Below are positions 22,812-35,499 of a stretch of DNA of 64,000 nucleotides, piece after piece. Source of the stretch: Octopus vulgaris (taxonomy: Eukaryota); the NCBI GenBank assembly GCA_951406725.2, contig OX597816.1, positions 137,454,001 to 137,518,000 on the forward strand, written 5' to 3'. Position 1 is the first letter of the stretch; each line of letters starts with the position of its first letter. The notes beneath the pieces are model-generated. The model searched no databases, was not told the origin of the DNA, and worked only from the letters and a program-made list of their open reading frames with translations. The translations under genes were made by a program, and so were the position numbers.

Positions 22812-23308
22812 CTTTTTGGGGACTATACTGGAAGACAGCCTGGAAGAGGCGTGGACGAGCAACAGTGCAAGATACAGTGCTTTGCTGGCCAACTAACTGA
22901 AGTCAGCAATTTGCACCAAACGCCGATGGCTATTATCGAAGTAAGGGTGGCCTACACACGGCTGCCCAGACCGTTGGAACCATTAATCAATTCGATTTTG
23001 AGGTGCTGGAATACTCTGCCTACAGCCCAGATCGCGCCCCTTTTGACTATCATTACTTTGGACCACTCAAAGATGGTATACGAAGTCGTCGATTTCCTAC
23101 AGATGACGATGTGAAGGAAACGGTGTATAAATTGTTGCACCACAAACCAAAAACCTTCTTGGAGGAAATACGCAAGCTTGTCGACAGCTGGACCAAGTGC
23201 ATCGAAAAGGAAGGAGACTATATAGAAAAAAATTGACGTACTTATTTATCCCCTGCTTTTCTGTAAATACATTGACAAAACAAACGTGCGTACAATTTTT
23301 TAGTCTCC

Positions 23309-23314
<6 letters not shown>
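22812..23314 (+). mobile_element. Mariner transposase 3' remnant
   Basis: YSAYSPDRAPFDYHYFGPLK...KLVDSWTKCIEKEGDYIEK (ORF 23003-23236); ends before (TA)n. Confidence 0.92.
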
Positions 23315-23347
<33 letters not shown>

Positions 23348-23374
23348 TTATGTGACATATTTAGACAAAGTGAT

Positions 23375-23414
<40 letters not shown>

Positions 23415-23848
23415 ACACATACACACACAAACACATGCACACACACACACGCACACACATACACACGCACAAGCATGGAAACAAGTATACGTACGTTTCC
23501 GGTCTACATAATATATAATAGGATAAGCATCTTATGTAATACCTTCCTCAGTTAAAACATTTCGAATTTTGAAATTTATTAACCGAGCAAGGTCTTCTGA
23601 AACGTTCATATTAAATGATTTCAAAATATCACTATTTGGTTTGACATCATTATTACAAATTATATAACTCGATGTCAGTACAAACTAGCTGGTCTATCTA
23701 TCTATATATGAAGTATTTTGGGGCAGAAAACCCAGTGTTTGCGGTAGATACATACATACATACATACATACATACATAAATACATACATAAATAATTACA
23801 TAATTGCATAATTTATGAAGAGCTGAAAATAAATGTTGAAGTAATAAT

Positions 23849-24354
23849 CCCGGTGATTGAAAAGTAACTCACTATCTAAAAATACTTATAAATTATTTAT
23901 TATTTGTAAATTTTACCCAAAAAATGGTTATGAGATGAAAGCTTTTAGTATGAGGCTTTATTTAAAATTTGATATGGGCTCCAGATGTCGCCACCAGCTT
24001 TTTGAGTCGCCCATGAAGTACGTCAACTGATTTCGCCAAGAACTCTTGTGAGATGGAAGGCATAACTTCTCGTATTCGCCCTTCTAGTTCTTTCAGTCTT
24101 TGGTTTGGTACAGTAGACTCGTTCCGGTGTCTTGAGTCAGGACTTCTGACTGGCCACTCATGTAGTCCACGACGACCCATCCATCTCCCGGGTAAGTGGA
24201 CATTCAGCCATTCACGAACAAGAACAAAATGTGGAGGCACGTCATCTGGCATGAAAATCAAGTCTTCATTATTCTTCCAAGCACTGATAACCGACATGAT
24301 CTCATTTTGCAGCATAGTGAGGTAACCATAGGGAGTTACTTTTCAATCATCCTG
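23849..24354 (-). mobile_element. Internally deleted Tc1/mariner-superfamily element with 27-bp TIRs
   Basis: TIRs 23849-23875 / 24328-24354 (..TGATTGAAAAGTAACTC.CTAT); ORF 23962-24315 IFMPDDVPPHF..VREWLN..PGRWMGRRG..WPVRSPD (FQQDGAPPH/WPARSPDL type). Confidence 0.88.
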
Positions 24355-24794
24355 TATATCTTTTAATTTTAATGAATGATATTGGAAAAGTTTCATTTAC
24401 CTTTTAGACCTAAAAGAAATGAATCATGGACATTGGGCCTTGACGCATCTGTAGTTATGCTTCTGCTCATTGATGACACAAGCTCGTTCTCCTATTTTTA
24501 TTCTGACAAAGATTTTAGTTTGAAAATGTTTTTCAGATGTAAGTATTGTACCAGGTTTTAATATTTTATTTCTAGGAAAATTTATATCCAGTCAACATGG
24601 ATGACACCTTCTCCTACCCTCGTAGTACGCCCTTTAAATTTGCTGCTCCCTTGTTGGCTTGTAACGTCTATATTGGAGCGGTGTCTACTTGGTTGAGAAG
24701 TACCGATTAAAGGATCGGACATTACAGAAAGAAGCATTTCGCAGATAGTAATGAATAGGACAACCACATTGATTTTTTATTAAATTACGTATGG

Positions 24795-25160
24795 AGGAGC
24801 AAGCGTAGTTGTATGGTAATAAGTTTGCTTCTCACTCACATGGTTCTGCGTTCAATAACTTGGTTAAGTGTCATGTGCTATAGCCCCGGGTTGACCAGCG
24901 TTTTGTGAATGCATTTGATAGAGATAAACTGAATGAAACCCATCGCAAATATGTATGTGTGTGAGTGTGTGCATGTGTGTATGTGTGTATCTTTGTGCTT
25001 GTTCTCCATCACTTTTTGAGAATAGATATTGGTTTGTTTAAATACCTGTAAGTTAGTGGTTCGGTACGAGAGAGCGATAATATCACCCTTTATAAAATAA
25101 GTACTAGCCTTCATTGTTCAAATGAAATATTATCTTCAAGGTGGTGTCCCAGCATGGGAT
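24795..25160 (+). mobile_element. SINE family A (old)
   Basis: Degenerate match to the consensus. Confidence 0.7.
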
Positions 25161-25204
25161 AAACGATAAAGCAAAATATAGAGTTGATTGAATCATCAGT
25201 TTAT

Positions 25205-25715
25205 GGAGTAGCTCTAATAGCTTCTGATCTTAACTGATTGGAAGTGTTATCGTGCACATGTTTGGGCTACAGAAAATATTCGCTCAATAGCACAGATTTG
25301 GTCGTCAGTAGCTTGACTTTAACCAGTTGAGCATGTCCCTAAGTGGCTAAGGATATGTGCATCTCTGATCACGAACAGGTGCAGTGGGGGAGCATCATAG
25401 CCATGTGCTGAGAATTCTTTGGTATTGAATAATTCACCTCTAGAAACATGGATGTTTCATTAATCATCCTTAAATAGCTATTATTCAGGGACCTTTTGAG
25501 CGGGATGGGCTACTCGACGTGAAGAAAATTTCAACTGCAAGGTCATGCGCTGTTTATTTTGGCATGAGGTCACCATGTCGTGCATATATAGTTGTGATGC
25601 ATTTACCTGGTGTACCCTTATCAGACGGGTAGCTATAATGTGTATATTGAGATACCTATATTTGTGCCCCAGTGTCACTTAAATAGCATGCGCTGTTCTC
25701 TCACTCAATAATAGT
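25205..25715 (+). mobile_element. Family D copy 3
   Basis: Homologous to 21876-22410; TAA/CAA tail. Confidence 0.8.
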
Positions 25716-25794
25716 AACAACAACAACAATAATAATTATTATAATAATGATAAAGCAGAATCGTTCTAGGATAGAATGTGAATGTATATTATTG

Positions 25795-26003
25795 GTTTGA
25801 GATTTTATTATAAGGCCAGAAATTTCGTTGGAGGGGTAAATCGATTACATTGACCCTAGTGCTCCACTGGTACTTATTTTATCACAAGGATGAAAGGAAG
25901 AGTCGTCATTAGCGGAATTTGAACTTGAACTCATAACGTAAAGACAGACGAAATGCCGCTAAACATTTTGCATGGCCCGATAACGATTCTGCCGGTTCGC
26001 CGT
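25795..26003 (-). mobile_element. SINE family B
   Basis: CTGGTACTTATTTTATC..GGATGAAAGG..GGAATTTGAAC..GACGAAATGCCGCTAA. Confidence 0.8.
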
Positions 26004-26554
26004 CGTCGTAAATAGATGATATTGGGCCACTTCACTCGAAAGTAAATACGACGGAGCTCATTTGTCTAAGCTATAAATATGATGGATGGCAAAAATAAAA
26101 AAGAGAGAGAGAAATTAACGACAGGTCAGTTGTTTGATCTCTGCTGCATGTGATTGACTACCAGGCCGTCTTCCCAGAGTTCATGTGCATACGACGGCGA
26201 TATCTAGTTGTATATAATAAATCATATTTTTGATGTTTTATTATTGTGAATTTGGGTGCGGATACCAAATCTCTTCGGGTTGATTTCTTTCAATCTTCTG
26301 TAACATCATATGCAATTTTGGAAACTTAAAAAGTAAAAGAAAAGAAAAGAGAAACAAGAAAACAATATCAGTGTAACTTGTACAACGTTCTTTCTGTCCA
26401 TGTCTTCTTATATTTCAAGAAAATACTTCCGATGCATAAAACACTACGCACCATACGTCACTACAAGCCGCCAGCACACTCTATCAATTCAAAGCAACAA
26501 GATTCCCTCTGTCCTTCATTATTTGTCATCACTATATTTATGTCACCAATACTT

Positions 26555-26948
26555 TTTTACTCTTTTACTTGTTTCCATCAGTTCACTGCGCCCGTGCTGG
26601 AGTGCCACACTGAAGGGTTTTAGTTGAACAAATGGACCCCAGGACTTAAAAGTCTAGTACATATTCTATTGGCCTCTTTTGCCAACCCACTAAGCTACGG
26701 GGACGTAAACAGACTGACACCAGTTGTCAAACGAAGATGGGATAACAAACGCAGACAGACAGACACACACACACACACTCATACGACGGGCTTCTTTCAA
26801 TTTCTGTCTATCAAATCTACTCACAAAGCTTTGGTCGGCCCGAAGCTATAATAGAAGACACTTACCCAAGGTTATATGCAGTGTGACTGATCCCGGAACC
26901 ATGTCGTTGGTAAGCAAGCTTTTTACCACACATTTACACCTGCGCCTA
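26555..26948 (-). mobile_element. SINE family A
   Basis: Full-length degenerate reverse complement of the consensus. Confidence 0.85.
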
Positions 26949-26954
26949 GTGATA

Positions 26955-27698
26955 TTGATTTCAAAAGGCCTGCATTTTTTGTGGGAGGGCGAGGATATGT
27001 CGATTACATCGACCCCAGTATCTTAGCTGGTACTTATTTTATCGACCTCCCAAAGGATGAAAGACAAAGCTGACTTCAGTAAACTCAGAACATGAAGAAA
27101 AAATGTCGCTAAGCATTTTGCCCGGCCTGCTAACAATTTTGTCTACTCGCCGCCTTACTAATACGTAGTAATATTATAATACTCCATAGGGCGGTGAGGG
27201 GCCGACAGAATCGTTGGCACGCCGGACTAAATGCTTAGCTGCATTTCGTCCGTCTCTACGTTCTGAGTTCAAATTCCGCCAAGGTCGGTTTTGCTTTTTA
27301 TCCTTTCGGGGATTTAATGCCAAAATTTGAAATCAATATTGTAATACTCCTTTAATACCCGCCAACATTTACACTCTACCACCATACCCAACTCCCCTAT
27401 TCTTCAACTCCCTTAGTTTATACGCTATCAGCATGCATTACGATAAAACTCTTTCATAATATATTTTCATAACGTTTTACCCCACCGTTTTATATCGGTT
27501 TCAAAATTTGGTACAGGACCAGCAATTTTGGAGAAGTCGATTACATCGGTCCCAGTGTTGAAATGGTACGTATTTTATCGATCCTGAGAGGATGAAAGGC
27601 GAAGTCGACCTCGGCGGAATTTGACTCAACGTAAAGACGGACGAAATGCCGCCAAGCATTTTACCTGGCATGCTAATGATTCTGCCAGTTCTCCGCCT
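26955..27698. mobile_element. Cluster of three SINE family B copies (26955-27155 -, 27189-27337 +, 27497-27698 -)
   Basis: Each matches the head/core of 43516-43746. Confidence 0.8.
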
Positions 27699-27778
27699 TC
27701 TCACCACTTCATTCCACCAATATAATTTACCATGACAACCAAGAGCCATCCTGTATACTCCACCCATATTATTACTAT

Positions 27779-28087
27779 CACCGTGATCACCGTGACCGAC
27801 CAGGCTATCAGATGTTGCTACACATCGCTGGTCACAATGCGCTTCGCATTGTTTTAGCCTTCAAATGACGCCACCCCGCTGGCTAAGCGAGCAGGCCAAC
27901 AGAAGAAAGAGTGAGAGAAAGTTGTGGCGAAAGAGTACGCAGGGATCGCCACCACCCCCTGCTGGAGCCTCGCGGAGCTTTAGGTGTTTTTGCTCAATAA
28001 ACACTCACACCGCCCGGTCTGGGAATCGAAACCGCGATCCTACGACCGCGAGTCCGCTGCCCTAACCACTGGGCCATTGCACTTCCA
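27779..28087 (-). mobile_element. SINE family C (tail type 2)
   Basis: Same head as 7268-7654, different tail ending GGTCACGGTGATCACGGTGAT; 14-bp TSD CATATTATTACTAT (27765-27778, 28088-28101). Confidence 0.92.
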
Positions 28088-29186
28088 CATATTATTACTA
28101 TATACCACATAATCTAATACTTGATACATTCAGTACCCACCACGATCCTATGTAGCCATTATTATCGTTTCTAATGAAGGTAGACTGCTAGGCCATCGTG
28201 AGGATGGCATCAATAGTTTAAATCGTCCTGTGAACTTGACAGAATGAAAAATTTATGGATTTGAGACGGATGAAAGGTACAGTCGCGTTCAGCGGGATTC
28301 GAAAGCAGAATATAAAGAACCGGGGAATAAATACCACAAGGTATGTTGTTTGACGCTGTAATGTTTCTGTCAATCCAGTTACTATTGCCAGCATAAACTG
28401 TCAGTCCACGCCACACCCCATTCGATATAAAACAGGCGTCAAATAATCGAGATAAATATTCGATATGCCCTGTCTTCGGTAGTCAGCTAGATGTCAGGAT
28501 ATACAGACTGGCTGTCTCTGCTGGAGAGATTTCGTTTTGTGTTGTTTTATTAGCCAACAGTTCTCTTTGTCTCCAATTTACTCTGTTATCGATTGATCTC
28601 TGAGTCTTTCTTTACCTGTCACCACCGCATTTCACTGTCGTTAACTAATTCTTAGGTCAGAAAATGATGTTTGTAAAAACATGGCCAAATGACAATTTTA
28701 TGTTGAATTGTCGAGGTCATTCAGTGAAACTACAATTTTATCATATTCACTTATTGATTGTAACCTTATTCCCGTCCTCTATGTAAGAACGTTTCGCTAT
28801 CAACGACACAAACATTACATATTAAAATATATAGTATTACACGCATGCCTTAAAATACTTAACTTTCTACTTTGTTTGGTTTTGTTTTCTTTTTCATGCG
28901 AATGTTTGATTTTCTTGAAGTAGATAATCGAAAATCTTTAATTCTATAGGCATTAACAGAGACAAAGCAAAAGGATATTTAAATAATTCACTCAGTACTT
29001 TAATATGTTATAAAGGAGGGACTGCAGTGAGACTATAATGTGGTTTATGAATTTGGATAAGTGCAGTGGGGAGATGTATAATCAGTTTCGAAACTTGATT
29101 ATTCGGTTATTTCCAGAATAACTGAATTTACGTTGAGTGACGTTACAGCTGTGCATTTTACAACAGACGCGACTTGCGACGTTGTC

Positions 29187-29292
<106 letters not shown>

Positions 29293-29329
29293 GCCTGTCT
29301 TTTAATTACAGTTTGACTCAGCTCCATAT

Positions 29330-30522
29330 AACTTAAAGTTTCGTGGGTTTGTAGGGCAAGTCCATCTCAGTAGACATCTAAAGACGAGTAACGGGATTTG
29401 AGACAAATTCAAGATGGTTTCTGGATGTTAGGCCTCTGTTGGTCAGCACAGGTCACGTGGTGTTAATACTGCGGAACTGACATCAGTTCTTGTCTTTATT
29501 CTTAGGTCCACGTACTTGGACAAGATGTTGGCAGGTAGTTTGCACAACTATGGCGGCAAGTTGCGGCATTGAGTGTTCAGCGACATTAGCTCATTTCATT
29601 TGATAAAGAGGTCTTTACATAGGAGAAGCCAAATTTATGTTAGGTTAAAAATTGATGTAGGATGACCAGCATGGGTGGGGCAGCAAGACCTAGGGTGGTA
29701 TATCTGGAGTGTCATCTGCTAGTGGCTTGAAGTTCATTAACAGAGCATTCTTCTGGTGGCAGCATATAGTTCATTCTTCCTGTTGATGGATACTGCAGGT
29801 TGGTGATGTATGTATAGTCTGAGGCGGAGAGAGAGTTGGAGATTGTGAGTTTCAGGTGATTGAGGTGGGCCCTGTCAGTTATACTCCATTTGATGCTAGG
29901 GAAGTCATATTGATGAGCGCGTAGATTACAAATGAAGTGGGACAGGGAGATTGAATTTTCTCTATCCGTGCAACTGAGGGTATACTCTCCCGTAAAGGCA
30001 TTGGTTATCATATCCGTGTTGTATCTTCTGGTGGCATCAGATGGTGTAAGATTGTCTCTATAGACTGCAGATTTTGAGACATAGGGCTCTCCTAGTGGTC
30101 ATTTAGAATTTCAAAAGTTACAGGTTGGGATGTGGATTGGCGGCTGTGTTGATGTGTGCTTTCCGTCTGTTGTAGTGTACGATGTTTGAAGCGATGTTAT
30201 CTAACTAGGAGTTACTGCAACGTTGTTGGATTTAATGAGTTTATAATACTTACGATTTCAAGGGTATTTTTATTTTCAATTAGAGTCGGGAAGCTAGCTG
30301 CAAGTTATGTAACTTGAAACTTTTAAACTGGTCCAATCCTTCATACCTAAGAATAAAGAAAAGAATTGATGTCGCTTCAGCAGCATTGACACCACGTGAT
30401 CTGAGCTGACCAATAAAGACCTAGCATATCGAAGCCACCTTGAATTTGTGTCAAACCCATTACTTTTCTCTATATATCTTATGGAATTGGGGCTCGTTCT
30501 TCAAGCCCGCGAAACTTTAAGC
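29330..30522 (-). mobile_element. Penelope-like element remnant with inverted terminal repeats
   Basis: ~190-bp diverged inverted repeat (29330-29525 / 30328-30522); internal minus-strand ENSISLSHFICNLR..SIKWSITDRA resembles a Penelope GIY-YIG C-terminal region. Confidence 0.7.
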
Positions 30523-31129
30523 ATTATGGGGCTGAGGCAAACGGTTATTTAAAATATACTTAACTTCTACGAAATGTACTGAATGCTATACACACATATA
30601 TGGGATAGCATATCATATTATTTGAGGTTATATTTGTGTGTATACTGATATAAATTTAAATCTTACAAACTTTCATTGTTGGTGTAATAAGAATGGGGGC
30701 ACATTCTATGCTACTGATGTTCGAAAGAAGAGAGAAGGAGCCTCTTGACAGACCCTATCACAGATTTCTTACCGCTTGTTGCTGCTATAAAACATCATCA
30801 TGAATTAGGGTGTCCATGGTGAATGACCTAATTTGAATAATTATGCTTTTGACAGTTTGTCATTAAACAATATGTTATGCTCGACATGAAATTCAAATAT
30901 TACAAAGCCTTTGTATGTAATTAAAAGTAAAATGAAGGTAGTTCTTCTTCTTAAAACTTTGGATCTCTAAAGTTCTCACCCTGCACACGCTTTTACTTAA
31001 CTTGCAGCTTTGCTTTTCAAAATGTTAAAGGAGACCTTTAAACGGGCGGATATCCATGGTGTCAAAGGCATGTGTACATATTCTTTTTTAAGACCAATCT
31101 TATAATAAAAGGAACATGCAATGTAACCT

Positions 31130-31171
31130 TGTATGTATAAGGGAGACGGGAGAGTCTCCCTTATACATACA
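31130..31171. repeat. Perfect 18-bp hairpin
   Basis: TGTATGTATAAGGGAGAC GGGAGA GTCTCCCTTATACATACA. Confidence 0.95.
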
Positions 31172-31325
31172 TATAAGTGAGATGACCACTAAGTGGACAT
31201 CCATTATGCTAGAAGTCGACCCCCTATGGTCTTACCACTAAGAAAGGAATGTTCTCAAGAAAATTTAGCAAACGCCAGGACGTAAGCGAGCAAGATAAAT
31301 GAAAAGATACAAAATGTACAGATTA

Positions 31326-31396
31326 ATCACAAACCAGTTTCGTTGTTACCACTTACGTAATCACTTACGTAGATGTCCGCAACTCGTCAGTGTGAT
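31326..31396 (-). ncRNA. Minimal type I hammerhead ribozyme motif
   Basis: Minus: ATCACA CTGACGA GTTG [34 nt] CAAC GAAA C TG G TT TGTGAT; intact core, 6-bp stem I, 4-bp stem II, minimal stem III. Confidence 0.75.
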
Positions 31397-31541
31397 CGTC
31401 ATAGCAAAATATAATTTGCAGACCTATACACGAGACGTCCGCATAAGATTGAACACGTATATAGTTCTACCAATTACATTTGGGGTTATATTTCAAAAGC
31501 CTTCGTTTTGGCGTGACAAAATACCGGAAATAATTCTGCAG

Positions 31542-31600
<59 letters not shown>

Positions 31601-31793
31601 GTATGTATATATATACTTATATGCGTGTACTGCATGTGTCTGTATGTGTGTGCGCGTGCGTGTATGTGTGCGTGCGAGCATGTGTTTACGTTTGTGTGTG
31701 TGTGCGTTTATATATGTATAGACGCATACACATATTGTGACAGAAAGCAAGAAAGAAATGAATATATAAATAGAACAGAGAGAGAGAGAGAGA

Positions 31794-31879
<86 letters not shown>

Positions 31880-33014
31880 GATAATAGAAGCAGAAAGGAC
31901 GAGGGGGTGTGAGAGAAAAGAAAAGGCAGTAAGATCAAGACCTAAATAAATAAAAATAAAAATAGACAAAACAAAGTTTGGGTGAGTAGATAACTCATTG
32001 CCTGTCTGTCTGTCTCTCTCTCTCACGCACTCACATGATAATGCCAATTGATGTGTGTGCGTGCGCGCGCGTGCGTGTGTCTAAGTGTGGGCTGCTGGGA
32101 ACTAAACCATTATAAGGTACGCAAGTGACAGAAGTTAGGATTTTTACTATAGCACTAAAGGTATTCGATGAATGCTACGCTCAGATTGCTTCGGATTACT
32201 TCCGCTAGCATTTCTAAACCATGTTCGTTGTTAACCAGATTCTCTAAATTCCCTTTAAAGCTGGTCAAAGCTATATTCCGCTTCAGCAGATCCTTCTGCT
32301 TTGTTTTTTCTTCCTTTTTTAACCCTGCACCTTTCAAACAGCCTTCCGTACTCAAGTCTCATCGACAATACAACCAAGAAGACTCATGCCACAGCTGCGG
32401 AAACTCCATAAACAGAAACACCGAAAAATATATATTTTTGATTATAGGTCTGTTGGATCATTGATGATAAGAGATTGTGCAACAGTAATAGTTAAGAATA
32501 TTTCACAGAATTAATTGTAAACATATTGGGTTATTTCTGAAAACTTCGTTCAAAAAATCTGAAAGAGTAGCCTGTGTTGTGCCTGTATAGAAAGGTAGTC
32601 GCTCATCTGCTACTCATTGAAAAGTGAAGGAAATTGGAATACCCTGATTACTGAACGTACTCAATATATACATTTTATATATACACTTTATATACTTTAT
32701 GCACAAATTTATAGATTTAATACACAACACTCTTCCTCTTTCTCTCTCACTCTTCGCCTTACCCTCTTTTTCTCTTGCTCTTCATCTTTCCCTTCTACTA
32801 ATCACATGAAGGTGTTACAGACGGGCTAAGTAACGAAGAAAAGAGACTTAGTTAACAAAAACATTACACATTTCACAATCAGAATTATAAGATATAAATC
32901 TCTTGTGATGACATGCCATCCCGTAGCAGTTGTTACATGTCATGTTTTCTTATAAGTGATGTTTAATTGGTGGTCACTACGTGAATGAATACATCATTCT
33001 TTTCTTTCTTTTCT

Positions 33015-33388
33015 TCTTTTACTTGTTTCAGTCATGTGACTGCAGTCATATTGGAACACCACCAATTTTAGTCGAACAAATCGATTTCAGGAGTTATTTT
33101 TTTTAAGCCTGGTACTTATTCTATCGGCCTCTTTTACCGAACTGCGAAATTACGGGGACATGAACACACTAACACCGGTTGTCAAGCGGTGATGAGGGAC
33201 AAACACAGACACAAACACACACACACACACACACACACGACAGGCTTCTTTCAGTTTCCGTCTACTCACAAGGTTTTGGTCGGCTCGAGGCTATAATAAA
33301 AGATATTTGCCCAAGGTGCCACACAGTGGGACTGAACCCAGAAACATGTGGTTGGGAAGCAGCATCCTACCACACAGCCATGACTGCG
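33015..33388 (-). mobile_element. SINE family A
   Basis: Full-length reverse complement of the consensus. Confidence 0.85.
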
Positions 33389-33799
33389 TCTTTTATTTCT
33401 CTGTCGGTCTCGACGATGACCCTTTCAGCTGTTTGATCAACCGAATTACTATTTGTGAAATTACCATATAAGTGGGTGAGTGTTCCAAACACACATTTAA
33501 CCTTAATGTAAATCTCAAGGTGAGAATTACAGTTTACGCAAATGTAACAAGGCTGGATATTAAAATGCAGGTACAATCTAGAGGTAAAGTGGGGGAAGAA
33601 GCTGACGGGACGATTGAGGGTGAGAGGAAGAGAGAGAAAGAAAGAGGGAGGAGTGAGAAAGAGAAGCAGAGAGAAAGAGAGAGGGGGTGAGAGTGGGAAG
33701 TAAACAGAGAAGTGAGAGAGAAAGGGGGAGACAAGAAACAGAAACAGAGAAAGAGAGAGAGGGAGGGTGAAAGTGGAGAGAGAAAAGAGGAAGAAGGAA

Positions 33800-33955
33800 A
33801 TGAATCGACTCCAATACTGAGCTGGTACTTTATTTATTGACACTGAAAGGATACAATTTGACTTCAGTTGGATTTGAACTCAGAGCACAGAGAATCAGAA
33901 CAAACCCTGTAAAACATTTTAGCTGATACTTCTAAGAATTCTGTGAATTCGCCGT
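33800..33955 (-). mobile_element. SINE family B (old)
   Basis: GCTGGTACTTTATTTATTGAC..GAAAGGAT..ATTTGAACTCAGA. Confidence 0.65.
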
Positions 33956-34864
33956 TTTTGTCTTCAGTTCTTAATGCAAATAAAGATCTTCATTAATGGA
34001 TAAGTCGGAAATGTAAGTGACAGAGATAGTGGTTATATATCTGTCACTAAATTCTAAAATGTACTGCCTCAGAAGACAATGAGGAAGCCTCTGCTTAGTA
34101 ACACTCTGCTAGAAATAGCAACCAAATTCTCCGAAATTACTATCTATTAGCTTAAAATGGAGGGGGACAGTTTTACAATTTACATACATGCAGATTAATA
34201 CGCATGCAGACATATATATATATATGTATATGTGTGTATACACACACACACAATGTTAGTATATAAAAATCACAAATCGTGTTAAATACAGCTACCCAGG
34301 GTTTTCTGATCAAAATAACTTATTTCGCTAATTATCAAGCTGAGAACAAGACAATTTGTCTTTTGAGTAGATAATATTTAAACAAAAAACATTATGGTAT
34401 AACCAAAGGTGACAACCAACGTTACAATAATTCGATGTCAAGCAGACGTAAACAAAACGTTAATAGTTTACTAAGTGTCCGGTGGTCTACTTTTAAATTC
34501 CGGCATGATGTATTTATTGAATTGTGGACATATAGAAAAACCCTCGTTCCTGCAATTTATGTATTCGTTGGAGTTTTCAAGTTTTTTAAGAGAGAGAGAG
34601 AGGTTTTCAAGAGAACGTACAGAACATTTTTGGACCAGTGAATGTAGGATCTAGATATAATTCTCACTCTATATACTCTATACATTTACGCATTAGACGA
34701 GTATAGAGCGTAATTCTAATTAATGAAAGAGAAAAGAACAGGAGTTATATAATCACTTCCGTTACTTTACAACTATTTCTGCTTTATGAAGCTGTACACT
34801 CAGACCTATACATACATACATACATACATACATACATACATACATACATACATACATACATACA

Positions 34865-34897
<33 letters not shown>

Positions 34898-34949
34898 GTA
34901 TATAATAACAATTTAATAAATAAAACATATGCATACATACATACATATA

Positions 34950-35412
34950 TGTACATACCTACATCTATATGTATATATACATGCATATATGAGTACAGAA
35001 CACCACAAATAAACGTAGAACACAACGAGAAGCGAAAACATAAAACCAAACAAGGAAACGGACTTTTTTAACAACGAAAAAACAGAGTACAAGACAAACA
35101 ACACAAGGAACATTCCATTTCTTCACCTGCCCCTCTTTCGACTCAATGCGTGTTTCGAAGGTAAGGGCAGAACACGACCACGTCGAAGCGGTCCTTCCCG
35201 CAAAATGAATTAAATAAAATTTTTTGGCGGAGGAGTAAAAAACGTGACAAGAACAGGACTTAAAAGCAATACAAATGAAGAAAAAAACAGTACAAATAAA
35301 GATAAAAACAGTAAAAGACAGGACAAGGAAACCAACAATAAGGGCTTTTTTTAAGCCTAGACGGTGGAAAAATTCATTAGAACGCATTCTAAAGATCGGC
35401 TTGCGAAGACGA
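34950..35412 (-). repeat. Unclassified TA-associated interspersed repeat (homologue at 54700-55295, +)
   Basis: Shared blocks CCTTGTCCTGTCT, GC(G/A)GGAAGGA, CCTTCGAAAC..TGAAGAA, GTAGA(T/G)GTAGGTA. Confidence 0.6.
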
Positions 35413-35499
35413 TATATATATACTGACAACGGTAAGAAACCTACCTTTTTAAAGTGTTATACGGCATGACATAGTTCGTTCAGATATACCACTTGGAGG

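Noticed and set aside
32155-32464. Overlapping 66- and 98-aa ORFs in unique sequence
   Set aside because: No recognisable motif or convincing splice signals.
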